The position numbers were made by a program, and so were the translations under genes. Shown piece by piece: positions 46,061 to 55,354 of a stretch of DNA of 64,000 nucleotides. The stretch is taken from positions 186,001 to 250,000 of the IMG/VR virus record IMGVR_UViG_3300047476_002078; one strand, given 5' to 3'. The notes beneath the pieces were generated by a model. It was given only the letters and a program-made list of their open reading frames with translations. It ran no database searches and was not told the DNA's origin. How positions within the stretch are numbered: the stretch's first letter is position 1; each line of letters opens with the position of its first letter.

Positions 46061-47200
46061 TTATTTAATGTTCAAAACTGAATTATAAGCGTTCATCCAA
46101 AGGTTTACATTGTTTGAAATGTTATAATCTTTCAAAGCAGTTAAATAACCGTTTTCAGCTAAAAACCCTTGTTGAATTGGATTTTGAATAATTAACTTTA
46201 AATGCTTGTACCAATCTTCTGCAATGCCGTCAGAGTTTAAATCATTAGAGCAAAGATAACCATTTATGCCATGAGTGATTGTTTTTGAATAATTTTCAAC
46301 TTTTGATGCAATTACTGACGCTTTCAAGGCAAAAGACTCTATAACTTTAAGATTGCTTTTTGCTCTGTTAAACGGGAGTTCAACTATCGGGCACACTGAA
46401 ATAGTCGGACCTATTTTTATTAAAGTGTGTAAAACTCCGTGAAAATTATTAACTGCAATAGGGTCAACAATGACTAATTGATCTGGAATATCCTTCATGT
46501 AATCTAAAAATTCGGCAGTACAGCACCCAACTTTCATGATAATTAATTCTGGGTTTTCATGAGCTAAGAGAGCTAACGTCTTATCTACTATTTTTAAATC
46601 TTCCCGATGTGTAGGTGAACCCCACCACATGATTTTTAATTTACCTTTTAGTTTACGCATAACTTCATCTTGAGGCAAAACTTGATTAGTTTTGTTTCGA
46701 GATAAAATATTTTTTGGGTCTTTGAACACTATATACTTATAAAAATGATCGGAAGGCAGTCCTGAGAAATTTTTTATCTGCTCTATGTCCATACTGTTCG
46801 GTAAAACAAATATGTTTGGATTAAGAGCTAAATTAACCTTTCTAAGATAATCTGTTGTGACTGTGCAAGCGTCACAATTTTTTATAAAATTTATTATCTT
46901 TTCTTTTTTATCTTTATAAAAACTGTGAGCAGAATTCCATTCTGGTATTTCAGTCATTAAATCATCAAATTCTAAAATAACAGGCTTGTTTAATGATTTT
47001 GCAATCTCAATATACGGAAAAACACTATCTTGGTACTGCTTTTGTATGATGATAATGTCTGCCCATTCCAATTCTTCTTTATCGTACTTAAAAGATATAC
47101 GAGCAGTAACATTAGGAATTTTATTCAAATATTTAAAAGGTATTTGAAGTCTAAACAGACCACACCCATCAAATCCTGAAATGTATCCTAATATTTTCAT
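46061..47200 (-). CDS. Glycosyltransferase (GT-B, phage type)
   Basis: GCGLFRL..PF, E.DDL, CD..TVTT.YL, V.PNS, WWGS.TH..DL, FNRAKSNLK..E, ASKV..YS. Confidence 0.85.
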   Translation of the reverse strand: MKILGYISGFDGCGLFRLQIPFKYLNKIPNVTARISFKYDKEELEWADIIIIQKQYQDSVFPYIEIAKSLNKPVILEFDDLMTEIPEWNSAHSFYKDKKEKIINFIKNCDACTVTTDYLRKVNLALNPNIFVLPNSMDIEQIKNFSGLPSDHFYKYIVFKDPKNILSRNKTNQVLPQDEVMRKLKGKLKIMWWGSPTHREDLKIVDKTLALLAHENPELIIMKVGCCTAEFLDYMKDIPDQLVIVDPIAVNNFHGVLHTLIKIGPTISVCPIVELPFNRAKSNLKVIESFALKASVIASKVENYSKTITHGINGYLCSNDLNSDGIAEDWYKHLKLIIQNPIQQGFLAENGYLTALKDYNISNNVNLWMNAYNSVLNIK

Positions 47201-47262
47201 TTTTTCTCATTGCATTAAATAAATTTTTATCTTTTTAACTATAATAGCAAAGAAGAGGTTTA

Positions 47263-47490
47263 ATGAAATCTTTTTTAATTGCAAATTTGAATGATCTGGA
47301 AACCTTGAAAGGTTCGAGTGTTAAAGATTTAACTGTTATTGCTAAAAGACTTGAGGATGTTCTTGTTACGGATTTTTTTAATTTTCCTGAAAGAAGTATT
47401 ACCGTAAATTTTAATCCTTTAAATGGTCGTATATCTTTAGAATTTTGTCTTAAAAACAATGAGTTTTTGGCTATAGGTGACAAGGAATGA
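47263..47490 (+). CDS. Hypothetical protein
   Basis: GAGG RBS; TATAAT at 47240-47245; lies in the gap between two minus-strand genes. Confidence 0.5.
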   Translation: MKSFLIANLNDLETLKGSSVKDLTVIAKRLEDVLVTDFFNFPERSITVNFNPLNGRISLEFCLKNNEFLAIGDKE

Positions 47491-47591
47491 AAAAATTACT
47501 TTTTTTAGGTCTTGTTATCAGTGTCATAATTTTTAAAGGTTTTGCTATTGAAAGTTGTGAGAAAATAAAAAGTAAATTCAAAAAAGGTTAG
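47487..47591 (+). CDS. 34-aa membrane peptide (not in the ORF track)
   Basis: ATGA overlap with the previous stop; MKKLLFLGLVISVIIFKGFAIESCEKIKSKFKKG; AAGGA upstream. Confidence 0.5.
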   Translation: MKKLLFLGLVISVIIFKGFAIESCEKIKSKFKKG

Positions 47592-48237
47592 CTATTTTAT
47601 TTTTATCTGTATTTTCTTTATAACCGAATCTACATATTAAACTGTATCTTTCAATGTCAGCATTTAGTTTATTTACTTTATGGCAAAATATAGGAACTAC
47701 GTTACATATCGACACAAGCACTCCATGAACAGGTAATACTTCACCTGTTTTAATAACACTTGATGCTATGCCCCATCCGTTATTATCTAAATTCCATTTA
47801 CCTAGTTCTAAGTGACCTCCCCAGTCTAAGTTCCAAACCTTCTGGGTTGTTAAATATAAAACATTGGTAATGTGTACACCTTCATGCACATCTTGATGCC
47901 AATTTAATCCTGTTCCTTGATTATACTTATGTAGCATTACATTGAATTGACTGAATTCACCGTAAATTAAATTAAAGTAATCAAAGTAAGGCTCTTGTGA
48001 AAGTTTTTTCCAAAAATTTAAAAATTCACTAGGAACAATATTATCAGATGTTTTATTACTGTAGCCTGTATCCCAAATAGGAATAAGAGGGTTTGTATCA
48101 ATTAGCTGTGATTCTCTGTTGAATTTTTCTTGGAAAACAAGGTTTAGAAGTTTATCACTTTCGATCTCATCTAAATAATTAACAGTGAAGCCTTTTGTAA
48201 AATACTCTTCAATATTAAATTGTTTATTTTTTAACAT
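47578..48237 (-). CDS. 2OG-Fe(II) oxygenase (prolyl-4-hydroxylase-like)
   Basis: WHQD (HxD), VLYLT..W...WGG.LEL, distal HKV and 2OG-binding R (ERYSL). Confidence 0.85.
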   Translation of the reverse strand: MLKNKQFNIEEYFTKGFTVNYLDEIESDKLLNLVFQEKFNRESQLIDTNPLIPIWDTGYSNKTSDNIVPSEFLNFWKKLSQEPYFDYFNLIYGEFSQFNVMLHKYNQGTGLNWHQDVHEGVHITNVLYLTTQKVWNLDWGGHLELGKWNLDNNGWGIASSVIKTGEVLPVHGVLVSICNVVPIFCHKVNKLNADIERYSLICRFGYKENTDKNKIANLF

Positions 48238-48763
48238 TTAAAATCTCTTGAGCTTTTAACTTGACTTTATCAATCAATTCAAAGTTATTATTTTTAAAAG
48301 CGTCATCTAAAACGTATAAGAGCTTTGAATATTTCTCTAAGCCTATTTCCTTTTTCTTATCAATCAAAAATTTTTCGGTTCTATTGAATTCATACTCGAT
48401 AGAAACTTTTGGTTTTTCTATTTCATCTGAAAATATTTTTTCAACTTCTTCTTCAACTTCTTCTAGTTTGGGTATGTTGTACTTTTGTTCTAAAGCTCTT
48501 AAAGCATTTGGTAGTTTTTCTATATGCTCTTTTTCTTGAAAGAAAGAAATAACATCAAAGTGCCTATGACAAGCAAAACAATGAAAGTGCCCTTCTGCAT
48601 ATACGTGAGCCGATGGAGTGTTGTCTCTTCCATGAAAGGGACAACGCATTTGGAACTCATCTCCGACGTATTGATTAGGAAGTAGTCCGTAGTCTTGTAT
48701 TAAACTTCGTATTTTTACACGACTTTTTATGTTATCTATACGTTTTTTTAATAGATCACTCAC
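48224..48763 (-). CDS. Stand-alone CHC2 zinc finger (DnaG primase zinc-binding domain)
   Basis: CPFH..D.TPS..V....FHCFAC....DVI.F; no TOPRIM domain. Confidence 0.85.
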   Translation of the reverse strand: MSDLLKKRIDNIKSRVKIRSLIQDYGLLPNQYVGDEFQMRCPFHGRDNTPSAHVYAEGHFHCFACHRHFDVISFFQEKEHIEKLPNALRALEQKYNIPKLEEVEEEVEKIFSDEIEKPKVSIEYEFNRTEKFLIDKKKEIGLEKYSKLLYVLDDAFKNNNFELIDKVKLKAQEILNVKK

Positions 48764-50268
48764 AAGCTTGCTTCAACTACTTTTCCTAGAGGTACATCAT
48801 AGTGGTCAGCGTTAAACCAAATTCTACCACAAGATAAAGCAGTTTCTCCTATGAAAGGTTTAAAAATGGCTCCATGTCTGTTTTTGATACAACCTATATG
48901 AATTGTATTACTATCTCTCAATTCTTGGTTTAGGTAAGTGTAAATAACGTAATCTGCCGATCTTTCAGCTTCGTTGGCGTAAGATAAATGGAAGGTGTTA
49001 TAAACAGGTTTATCAATATCTTTAAAGGATTTGCTTTCTCCTTCTTTCTCTGTTCTTTTAACAACATCTTTTTTACCTTCACGGTTAATTTGGAAAGGGC
49101 ATAGCATTGCTACTCCTTCATTACCGTTAAAGGTCAGAGCTAAGTTTTTTAGCTTCTTCATGATCTGGTTGAGTGCTGCACCTTCATTCATATTCTTTGA
49201 ATGGTCGTCAGGAATCATTAGTCCGGGGTAATCCACAATAACTAAATGTATTGGAGCGATTCTATTAAAGTAGTTTAATTTTGCAGCCAACAGAGTTGGA
49301 GTCAATTCTGAGTTAGGTTCCCACACAGTAAAGTTTCCGTATGGAACAGTTTTATCTTTTCTTGTAGCTCCTCTCAATGACCAGTCTGTAAGAGCGAACT
49401 TGTACCAAAATTCTTGCCTTGGTGACATTTCTCCGTTCTTTATCTCATCACGAGTCATAGTAATATCGCAGTTATTTTCTCTTTGTAGAACTGGATTGTT
49501 AGCATGAATACAATAAAGAATATCTTCAAGGTTCTCTTTGGACATTTCGAGAGTTACGTATAGAACATTAAATCCGCCTTGTACGCAGGCATTATAAGCC
49601 CAGTTTATTGCGAGAGTTGTTTTACACTCACCTACGGAGCCAGCGATCAACATCATCTCTTTTCGCTTGATACCTTTGACATTGACATCAATTTCTCTCA
49701 ATCCACTAAGAATACCGTAATTTGCTAAAGAGTTTTCTTTGGCTGCTAAATAACGCTCGTAAGCAGTATTAGTTGCTTTAGAAAGTTCTACTTCTGTTTT
49801 TTCTTGCAAAGATTGATAGTAAAACTGTTCAGAATTTTCAATCACATAATCAAGAGCATCTTTTGTTCCTTTAAGGAGTCTTTTACCGATTTTAAATTCT
49901 TGATTGTTAATATCATTAGCTTCTTTTAAAACCTTGTTAAAAGATTTTCTGTGAAGTTCAGTGATACACTCTTTTATGATAAACTTAAAACCTGAGCCTG
50001 TATGAAGAGGGTAATTTTTTAAGTCTTCTAATTCGTCTTTTTCATCGAGCATGGCTCGTGAAACAAACTCTTCTTGTAAAAAATTAACAGTAGGGTAATC
50101 GTTTAGATCATTGTAATAGCTTTTAATAAAATCATATACGTTCTGTAAGGAAGAACTAACTTCTTTAAAGTTTACAGGACTATCCAATACTAAAAAAGCA
50201 TTGTCAGCTAGATTATCATTTTCGTTAATTCTAATTAAGCATCTTAAAAATCTTCTTGCTACTTCCAT
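48760..50268 (-). CDS. dnaB: DnaB-like replicative helicase
   Basis: Walker A variant GSVGECKT, VTLEM, IVDYPGLM, FQINREG, AERSAD, KNRHG. Confidence 0.88.
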   Translation of the reverse strand: MEVARRFLRCLIRINENDNLADNAFLVLDSPVNFKEVSSSLQNVYDFIKSYYNDLNDYPTVNFLQEEFVSRAMLDEKDELEDLKNYPLHTGSGFKFIIKECITELHRKSFNKVLKEANDINNQEFKIGKRLLKGTKDALDYVIENSEQFYYQSLQEKTEVELSKATNTAYERYLAAKENSLANYGILSGLREIDVNVKGIKRKEMMLIAGSVGECKTTLAINWAYNACVQGGFNVLYVTLEMSKENLEDILYCIHANNPVLQRENNCDITMTRDEIKNGEMSPRQEFWYKFALTDWSLRGATRKDKTVPYGNFTVWEPNSELTPTLLAAKLNYFNRIAPIHLVIVDYPGLMIPDDHSKNMNEGAALNQIMKKLKNLALTFNGNEGVAMLCPFQINREGKKDVVKRTEKEGESKSFKDIDKPVYNTFHLSYANEAERSADYVIYTYLNQELRDSNTIHIGCIKNRHGAIFKPFIGETALSCGRIWFNADHYDVPLGKVVEASL

Positions 50269-50269
50269 A

Positions 50270-51118
50270 CTACTTGCCCTTTTTGTTTTTAGCTTTTTTG
50301 GCTAGGGCGGTGATTGATCTATTTATATCGCCACTTGTAGGAGTTGATATTGAAGTTACGGCTAAAGTTTCTTCTATGTAAAAATCATCTTTTTTACCTT
50401 GAAACTCGCTAGAACCTAAATTTACTTTTGGTAATTTTTGAATTCGATTACGTAAGTCAGAATCTACATGTTTATTTGTAACGGTTGGAGTTTTATTTAG
50501 AAACCAAATAGGTAAAAAGTTTCGCTCTCTATGGGTCATTAATTCACTCAAATGGGGAACATCTGAAACATTGAAATGACTTTCTTCTTCTAAATCAAAT
50601 ATCAATAATTTGTATCTATCTAATTGGTTAAAGTTACTACTATCACCATCAAATTTTAAACTACGCAAATCTGGGACAGTTAAAAATTTATAATCGAAAT
50701 CTGTGCATTTAAAGTCCCAAATTAAATCTCGTATAAATGTTTTTAAATGCAAACAAAAATGAGTGTATTCACTAATAACAAAAGAATGTGAAAGCATTTT
50801 TGTATTTGGGTTGTAGAGTTTTAACAAATGTGTTGTTTCAGGTGTTTCAAACTTTAATTGTTTTAGCCTGTTATCATAGTATAAGCTGGCTTTAAACTCT
50901 TTTTCGGCTCCACATCTTATTCTGAGAAAGTCTTTCTTTTTGTCATCCCAGACTCGATGAGATTCGTCGAATCTTGAAATTTTTTTACCGTATATTTTTA
51001 GGCAATACGGACAAAGCATAGATTCGTCTCTGTTTGAGGCATCATCGTTTGGTAATGAATTGAAAGCTTTTAAAGCTTCTTCTGCTACCTTCATAAGTTT
51101 TTTAATGTCATCTGCCAT
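50270..51118 (-). CDS. Degenerate DnaC/DnaI-like helicase-loader candidate
   Basis: N-terminal CPYC...C; KLLIFDLE (Walker B-like) and LSELMTHRE..LPIWF resemble DnaC/IstB; no Walker A seen; directly upstream of dnaB. Confidence 0.4.
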   Translation of the reverse strand: MADDIKKLMKVAEEALKAFNSLPNDDASNRDESMLCPYCLKIYGKKISRFDESHRVWDDKKKDFLRIRCGAEKEFKASLYYDNRLKQLKFETPETTHLLKLYNPNTKMLSHSFVISEYTHFCLHLKTFIRDLIWDFKCTDFDYKFLTVPDLRSLKFDGDSSNFNQLDRYKLLIFDLEEESHFNVSDVPHLSELMTHRERNFLPIWFLNKTPTVTNKHVDSDLRNRIQKLPKVNLGSSEFQGKKDDFYIEETLAVTSISTPTSGDINRSITALAKKAKNKKGK

Positions 51119-52670
51119 GAGCGTCTCTCACCATTTCATTGAAGAGGTTACTAGAAAAGTCTTCATCAAAAGCCAATTCTCCTGTTTTCATCTCTCCAAA
51201 AACCGAGGCTACCAATCCCTGTTTACTTTTTAGAGTCTTTAAAACGTGTTCATCAATCGTTTTACGGTTCACTAAATGAAGAACTAGGATGGAAGAATGT
51301 TCACTTCCTATCCTTTGTGCTCGTCCAACGAGTTGTAAATAATCACCGTAACTCCAAGGATTGTCAAAAAATATAAAAGTTGAAGCAATTTGTAAGTTAA
51401 TGGATTCACTTCCAGCACGGTTAATAAAAATAACATTGACACCGCTTTCTTTATCTTGGAAGGACTTTTTATTTTCTTCCCGTTCATCGGAGTCTTCATC
51501 TCCGGTGATGCGTGTCATTTTTATTTTTTTCTTATTAAAAAGTTCTTCAAATCTGTCGATCTGTTTTTTGAAATTAGTAAAGATGATTACTTTTTCATCA
51601 ATCAACTCATCTTCTAATAATCTAAACAGTTCTTCTTCTTTTGAAGAATCAGCATCAATTCCAACAATGTTTGGAGAATTAGAAATTTGTTGGCAATATA
51701 TTAACGCTGACAATCTTTCTACTTTCTTTTCTTCTCCATTATCGAGATTTAAAATACCTTGTAATGCCTCTTGATATATTTCTTCTTGCCTAGTTTTAAG
51801 CTCTAACTCAATCGTTTTGCTAATCAATACAGGCAATTCTTTTGCTACATCTTCTTTTTTTCTTCCTAAAAAATAAGGGTCAATATTTAGTCTGAACTGG
51901 TTCAAATTTTTGTACCCTACGACTTTTGGTATTTTTCTTTTAACTTTTCCAAAAACCATGGGCATTAACACAGTACGACAATAATCTTTTCGGAATTGAG
52001 TTATGTTCTTAAACAGTCCCGGAACTATCGCAGAATAAATAGAAAAAGCTTCTTCTAATCTGTTTTTAATGATTGTAGCACTTAGCCCTACAGACCTTTT
52101 TGCTTTGAATGACGTTTCTTTTACGGCTCTAAAAGTTATAGTCTTTTGATTTTTAAAATATGAAGCCTCATCAAAAATAACCATGTACTCCCCTAATTGA
52201 GGTACTAAGGTTTCATATTCTTCAATCAAAGTATTGTAATTCATAATCATTACATCTACGTTGTTTTTGAAGAACTCTGATATTTGATATTTGCGTGATT
52301 CCCCTGATTTTAAAACAACTTTATCTACTTTTACGGTGAAAGAGCCTATGACTTGTGCTGTCAAAACCGTAAATTTTTCAACTTCAGACTTCCATTGATA
52401 CAAAGCAGACTTTGATGCAATAACTAATAATTTTAAATTACGGTTTTTTTCTTTTTGGTAGCAAAAGGCTGCTAAAGATTGAAGAGTTTTTCCAAGACCT
52501 GCCGCATCCCCTAGAACCATTCGAGAACATGCTATTAGGTGATACACTCCTATAGCTTGATAGTTTCTAAGTTTGACTTCTTGTTTTATTAATGCACAAT
52601 GTTTTAGAACAAGATTGTCTTGTTGTCTTATTTCTAAAAGGCGTGTATAGTTTTCTGGAACAGGGAGCAT
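51108..52670 (-). CDS. SNF2-family (SF2) helicase
   Basis: LRNYQ, LGDAAGLGKT, IFDEAS, GLSAT...N...E, GSESINLQ.A...F...W, Q..GRAQRIG. Confidence 0.92.
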   Translation of the reverse strand: MLPVPENYTRLLEIRQQDNLVLKHCALIKQEVKLRNYQAIGVYHLIACSRMVLGDAAGLGKTLQSLAAFCYQKEKNRNLKLLVIASKSALYQWKSEVEKFTVLTAQVIGSFTVKVDKVVLKSGESRKYQISEFFKNNVDVMIMNYNTLIEEYETLVPQLGEYMVIFDEASYFKNQKTITFRAVKETSFKAKRSVGLSATIIKNRLEEAFSIYSAIVPGLFKNITQFRKDYCRTVLMPMVFGKVKRKIPKVVGYKNLNQFRLNIDPYFLGRKKEDVAKELPVLISKTIELELKTRQEEIYQEALQGILNLDNGEEKKVERLSALIYCQQISNSPNIVGIDADSSKEEELFRLLEDELIDEKVIIFTNFKKQIDRFEELFNKKKIKMTRITGDEDSDEREENKKSFQDKESGVNVIFINRAGSESINLQIASTFIFFDNPWSYGDYLQLVGRAQRIGSEHSSILVLHLVNRKTIDEHVLKTLKSKQGLVASVFGEMKTGELAFDEDFSSNLFNEMVRDAHGR

Positions 52671-52675
52671 ATTAT

Positions 52676-53644
52676 ATGAGTAATGATTTTAACGTAAAAA
52701 CACAAGAAAATTTTGATAGTCAATTTGACGGTAATAACACAGATAACGTAAAAGCGTTACAAAACATCCTTCAAACTACGGAAAACCCAAATCAAGTTAT
52801 ACGGTCATTAGTAGGTGATACTGTTTATGATTTTTATTTTGGTGAAGATAATAGCAAAGACGTTGCTAATTTATTGTCCGATTGCATAAGTAAAGATAAA
52901 TGGGGAGAGTTCCTAGACAAGTTCAAAAACGGGGAAGTTTCAAAAGATGATATGGTAGATGTTGTTCTATTGTCTCATCTACATGCCGTAGAAAGAGCAA
53001 ATCCAGTTTCTTCTCCAGAAGAAATCGTTGATAGAGCTTTTGAGTCTAAACTGAAAGGTAAATTAGGTCGTAAGCTTATTGCTAACACTATATCTACTTT
53101 ATCTGAAGCTAAACTTTTAAACGCCCCTAAAGAAGCTGTACAGGCTTTGCTTAGTTTTGAAATGAATAAAAGCGATACGAGGGCAGAAGATCAAGCTAAA
53201 CTTCTCCCTACTATCGGTGAACAGGTTAAAGAAGCCGTTGATAAGTCTTACGAATCTTTCCTTAACTCTTTTAATGTTTACGATAATATTAGAGATATTA
53301 CGGTAGAAGAACTTTTAGGAAGATTAGAGAATCAAGAAGACCCTTATTTTGGTATAACTCACCATATTATATTCGATATGGGGTGGGAGTCTGTAAGTCG
53401 AAACAAACCTAATGAAAAATGCTTGTCTATTTACGTTTGTGAACTTGATAAGGCTTGGACAGATTCAATGGAATCTAATGTAAAGCAATCTGATCGACAC
53501 ATGACTAGGTATCTCGTTAGAGATGTTCAAAAAGGCGACATTGAAACTATTAACACTATTAAAAATAAAATTTTTGAAGTGTACACAAGCAGAATTCAAG
53601 AAAAAATTGATTTCTTTAATGTTATTTGGAGCAGGGAGAATTAA
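52676..53644 (+). CDS. Hypothetical protein
   Basis: Start moved to ATG 52676 (GGGAG upstream) to avoid a head-to-head overlap with SNF2. Confidence 0.55.
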   Translation: MSNDFNVKTQENFDSQFDGNNTDNVKALQNILQTTENPNQVIRSLVGDTVYDFYFGEDNSKDVANLLSDCISKDKWGEFLDKFKNGEVSKDDMVDVVLLSHLHAVERANPVSSPEEIVDRAFESKLKGKLGRKLIANTISTLSEAKLLNAPKEAVQALLSFEMNKSDTRAEDQAKLLPTIGEQVKEAVDKSYESFLNSFNVYDNIRDITVEELLGRLENQEDPYFGITHHIIFDMGWESVSRNKPNEKCLSIYVCELDKAWTDSMESNVKQSDRHMTRYLVRDVQKGDIETINTIKNKIFEVYTSRIQEKIDFFNVIWSREN

Positions 53645-53646
53645 TA

Positions 53647-53988
53647 ATGGAGTTTGTTGATACACTTCCAAAGTTAGAAATTGATTTAGAAAATCAAAAA
53701 TTAAGAATTTCCGATTTAGAAGTAAAACTTATAAAAAAGTTACTTATTGATTCTGATAAAATTATTGTTGAAAAATACAGGGTTTTTGTCCCTGATTTTA
53801 AGTTTGAAAATGATTGGGAAAATTTCATAGGTTCGGATACCGTGAGTCAAGATGAAGCTGTAGAAGATTGGGATAAACAACCAAGCCATGTTTTTCTTGA
53901 TAGAAAATCCAGAAAACCTCTTCTTTATACATTCATAATCGACAAAGAAAACAAATTATTTTTTGAAAGCAAAAGAGTTGAAAGCTAG
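53647..53988 (+). CDS. Hypothetical protein
   Basis: Start moved to ATG 53647 after the previous stop; GGGAG upstream. Confidence 0.55.
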   Translation: MEFVDTLPKLEIDLENQKLRISDLEVKLIKKLLIDSDKIIVEKYRVFVPDFKFENDWENFIGSDTVSQDEAVEDWDKQPSHVFLDRKSRKPLLYTFIIDKENKLFFESKRVES

Positions 53989-54007
53989 GTTTAACTAACC
54001 TAGCTTT
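53981..54007. terminator. Probable bidirectional intrinsic terminator
   Basis: AAAGCTAGGTT-taact-AACCTAGCTTT perfect 11-bp stem spanning two convergent stop codons. Confidence 0.65.
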
Positions 54008-54348
54008 TTATTTATTTCTTGATTGAACTTATTTTTAAAGTGATTAAAAGATGAGATTATTTCAGGGTAATAGATAGCTATTTTTTGATAGTATGGATTT
54101 TCAAAGTCAGAATTAAAACTTTCATGAATATTTTTTAAATTCTTTTTACATTCTTCAAACTGCATTTCTATTTTTTCTTTATTTTCTAAAGAACAGTTGG
54201 TAAGTCTTTTTTCATATCTACTGATTTGAGGTATTTCAGATTGCAGTATATGTATCTTGTTGTGCATTTCATTAAGAAACTTTTGTAAGGACATTAGCCC
54301 AAAACGTAAAGGTCTTCCGCAAACTTCACAACAAGAACTACCTGCCAT
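53995..54348 (-). CDS. Hypothetical protein with N-terminal CxxC knuckle and coiled coil
   Basis: SCCEVCGRPL at the N-terminus. Confidence 0.5.
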   Translation of the reverse strand: MAGSSCCEVCGRPLRFGLMSLQKFLNEMHNKIHILQSEIPQISRYEKRLTNCSLENKEKIEMQFEECKKNLKNIHESFNSDFENPYYQKIAIYYPEIISSFNHFKNKFNQEINKKLG

Positions 54349-54352
54349 GCTT

Positions 54353-55354
54353 TTAACCTAATCTGAGTAATATTTTTGAAGCTATTTTTTTCTTAGCTAC
54401 TAATATTTCTCTAGCATCTTCAAAAGAAGATAACTCTAGTTTTTTGAAAATCTTTCCTAAATCTTTAACGAAGTATTGAACAAAATCTGAAAACTTTTTA
54501 TCGTCCATATTTAGTTCGTTCATGAATTTCTTTTGATCTGCTTTAACAAACGGGTCGAATCCGTCAGCTATGAGATTTAAAGCCTTTTCATATAAAGGAT
54601 TTAACTTTTTAACTTCTTGATAAAGTTCTTTTTTTATAGCTTTTGCTTCGTTTTTAGTGTGGCTTGATTCATCTTGAAAAAGTTTATCTTCTCTCACTCC
54701 ATCAAATGACTCATCATCTCTTGATATTATCCTTACGGCAGTATTAAGAGCATCTTCTGTTTTGTTAGTTTTTTCTAAAATTTTGATAGCCATATTTTTT
54801 GCAGCCGTGTACCAAAATTTAGTGAAAGAACCTATTGAAGGATTGTAGCTCTTAAATATAGCGTCTCTTATTCTTTTACCTTGCATTACTTTTTCAGGAC
54901 TAATTTTTTTTGTTGGTGTTTTTTCACCGTCATAAAATTTCTTTAAATAAGACAAATCTGGTATGTTGTATTCTTTGGATAGACTAACAATCCAGTCATT
55001 ATCAATTATTTGTTCAAAGCTTAAACCTTTTGATTTAAGGTTTATGACAGCTACAGGAAGCATTTGAAATTTTAAGTATTTGTAATCAAACTTTTTTTCT
55101 TCATCTGTAAGATTTGGGAATATTAAACGATGTACAGCATCTATAGCTATATGTTCATAATAATCTTTAGCTCCTGCATCTTTGGCAGCTTTGAACGCTA
55201 AGTTCATTAAATTTGTATTTTTAGGTAAGTTTATTTCGTGTTCTTTTGCTAACTCAATTAACATATTGTTAAATCTAGTTATTTCTGCGTTTGCAAAAAT
55301 CTTTCGTTTAATTTTTTCAAAAACTGAGTTTGCTATTTTTTTATAATTTATCAT
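54353..55354 (-). CDS. Divergent ECF-like sigma factor candidate
   Basis: FKSYNPSIGSFTKFWYTAAKNMAIKIL resembles region 2.3-2.4; AKD...EHIAIDAV resembles 2.1-2.2; C-terminal LYEKALNL.ADG..QKKFMNELNM resembles a sigma-4 HTH. Confidence 0.5.
   Translation of the reverse strand: MINYKKIANSVFEKIKRKIFANAEITRFNNMLIELAKEHEINLPKNTNLMNLAFKAAKDAGAKDYYEHIAIDAVHRLIFPNLTDEEKKFDYKYLKFQMLPVAVINLKSKGLSFEQIIDNDWIVSLSKEYNIPDLSYLKKFYDGEKTPTKKISPEKVMQGKRIRDAIFKSYNPSIGSFTKFWYTAAKNMAIKILEKTNKTEDALNTAVRIISRDDESFDGVREDKLFQDESSHTKNEAKAIKKELYQEVKKLNPLYEKALNLIADGFDPFVKADQKKFMNELNMDDKKFSDFVQYFVKDLGKIFKKLELSSFEDAREILVAKKKIASKILLRLG

Noticed and set aside
33263-47262. Shared TATTATAG late-promoter motif upstream of the tape measure, phoH and GT genes
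   Set aside because: It is the reverse complement of CTATAATA, so two of the three cases are explained as -10 boxes of plus-strand genes; too AT-rich to be significant.
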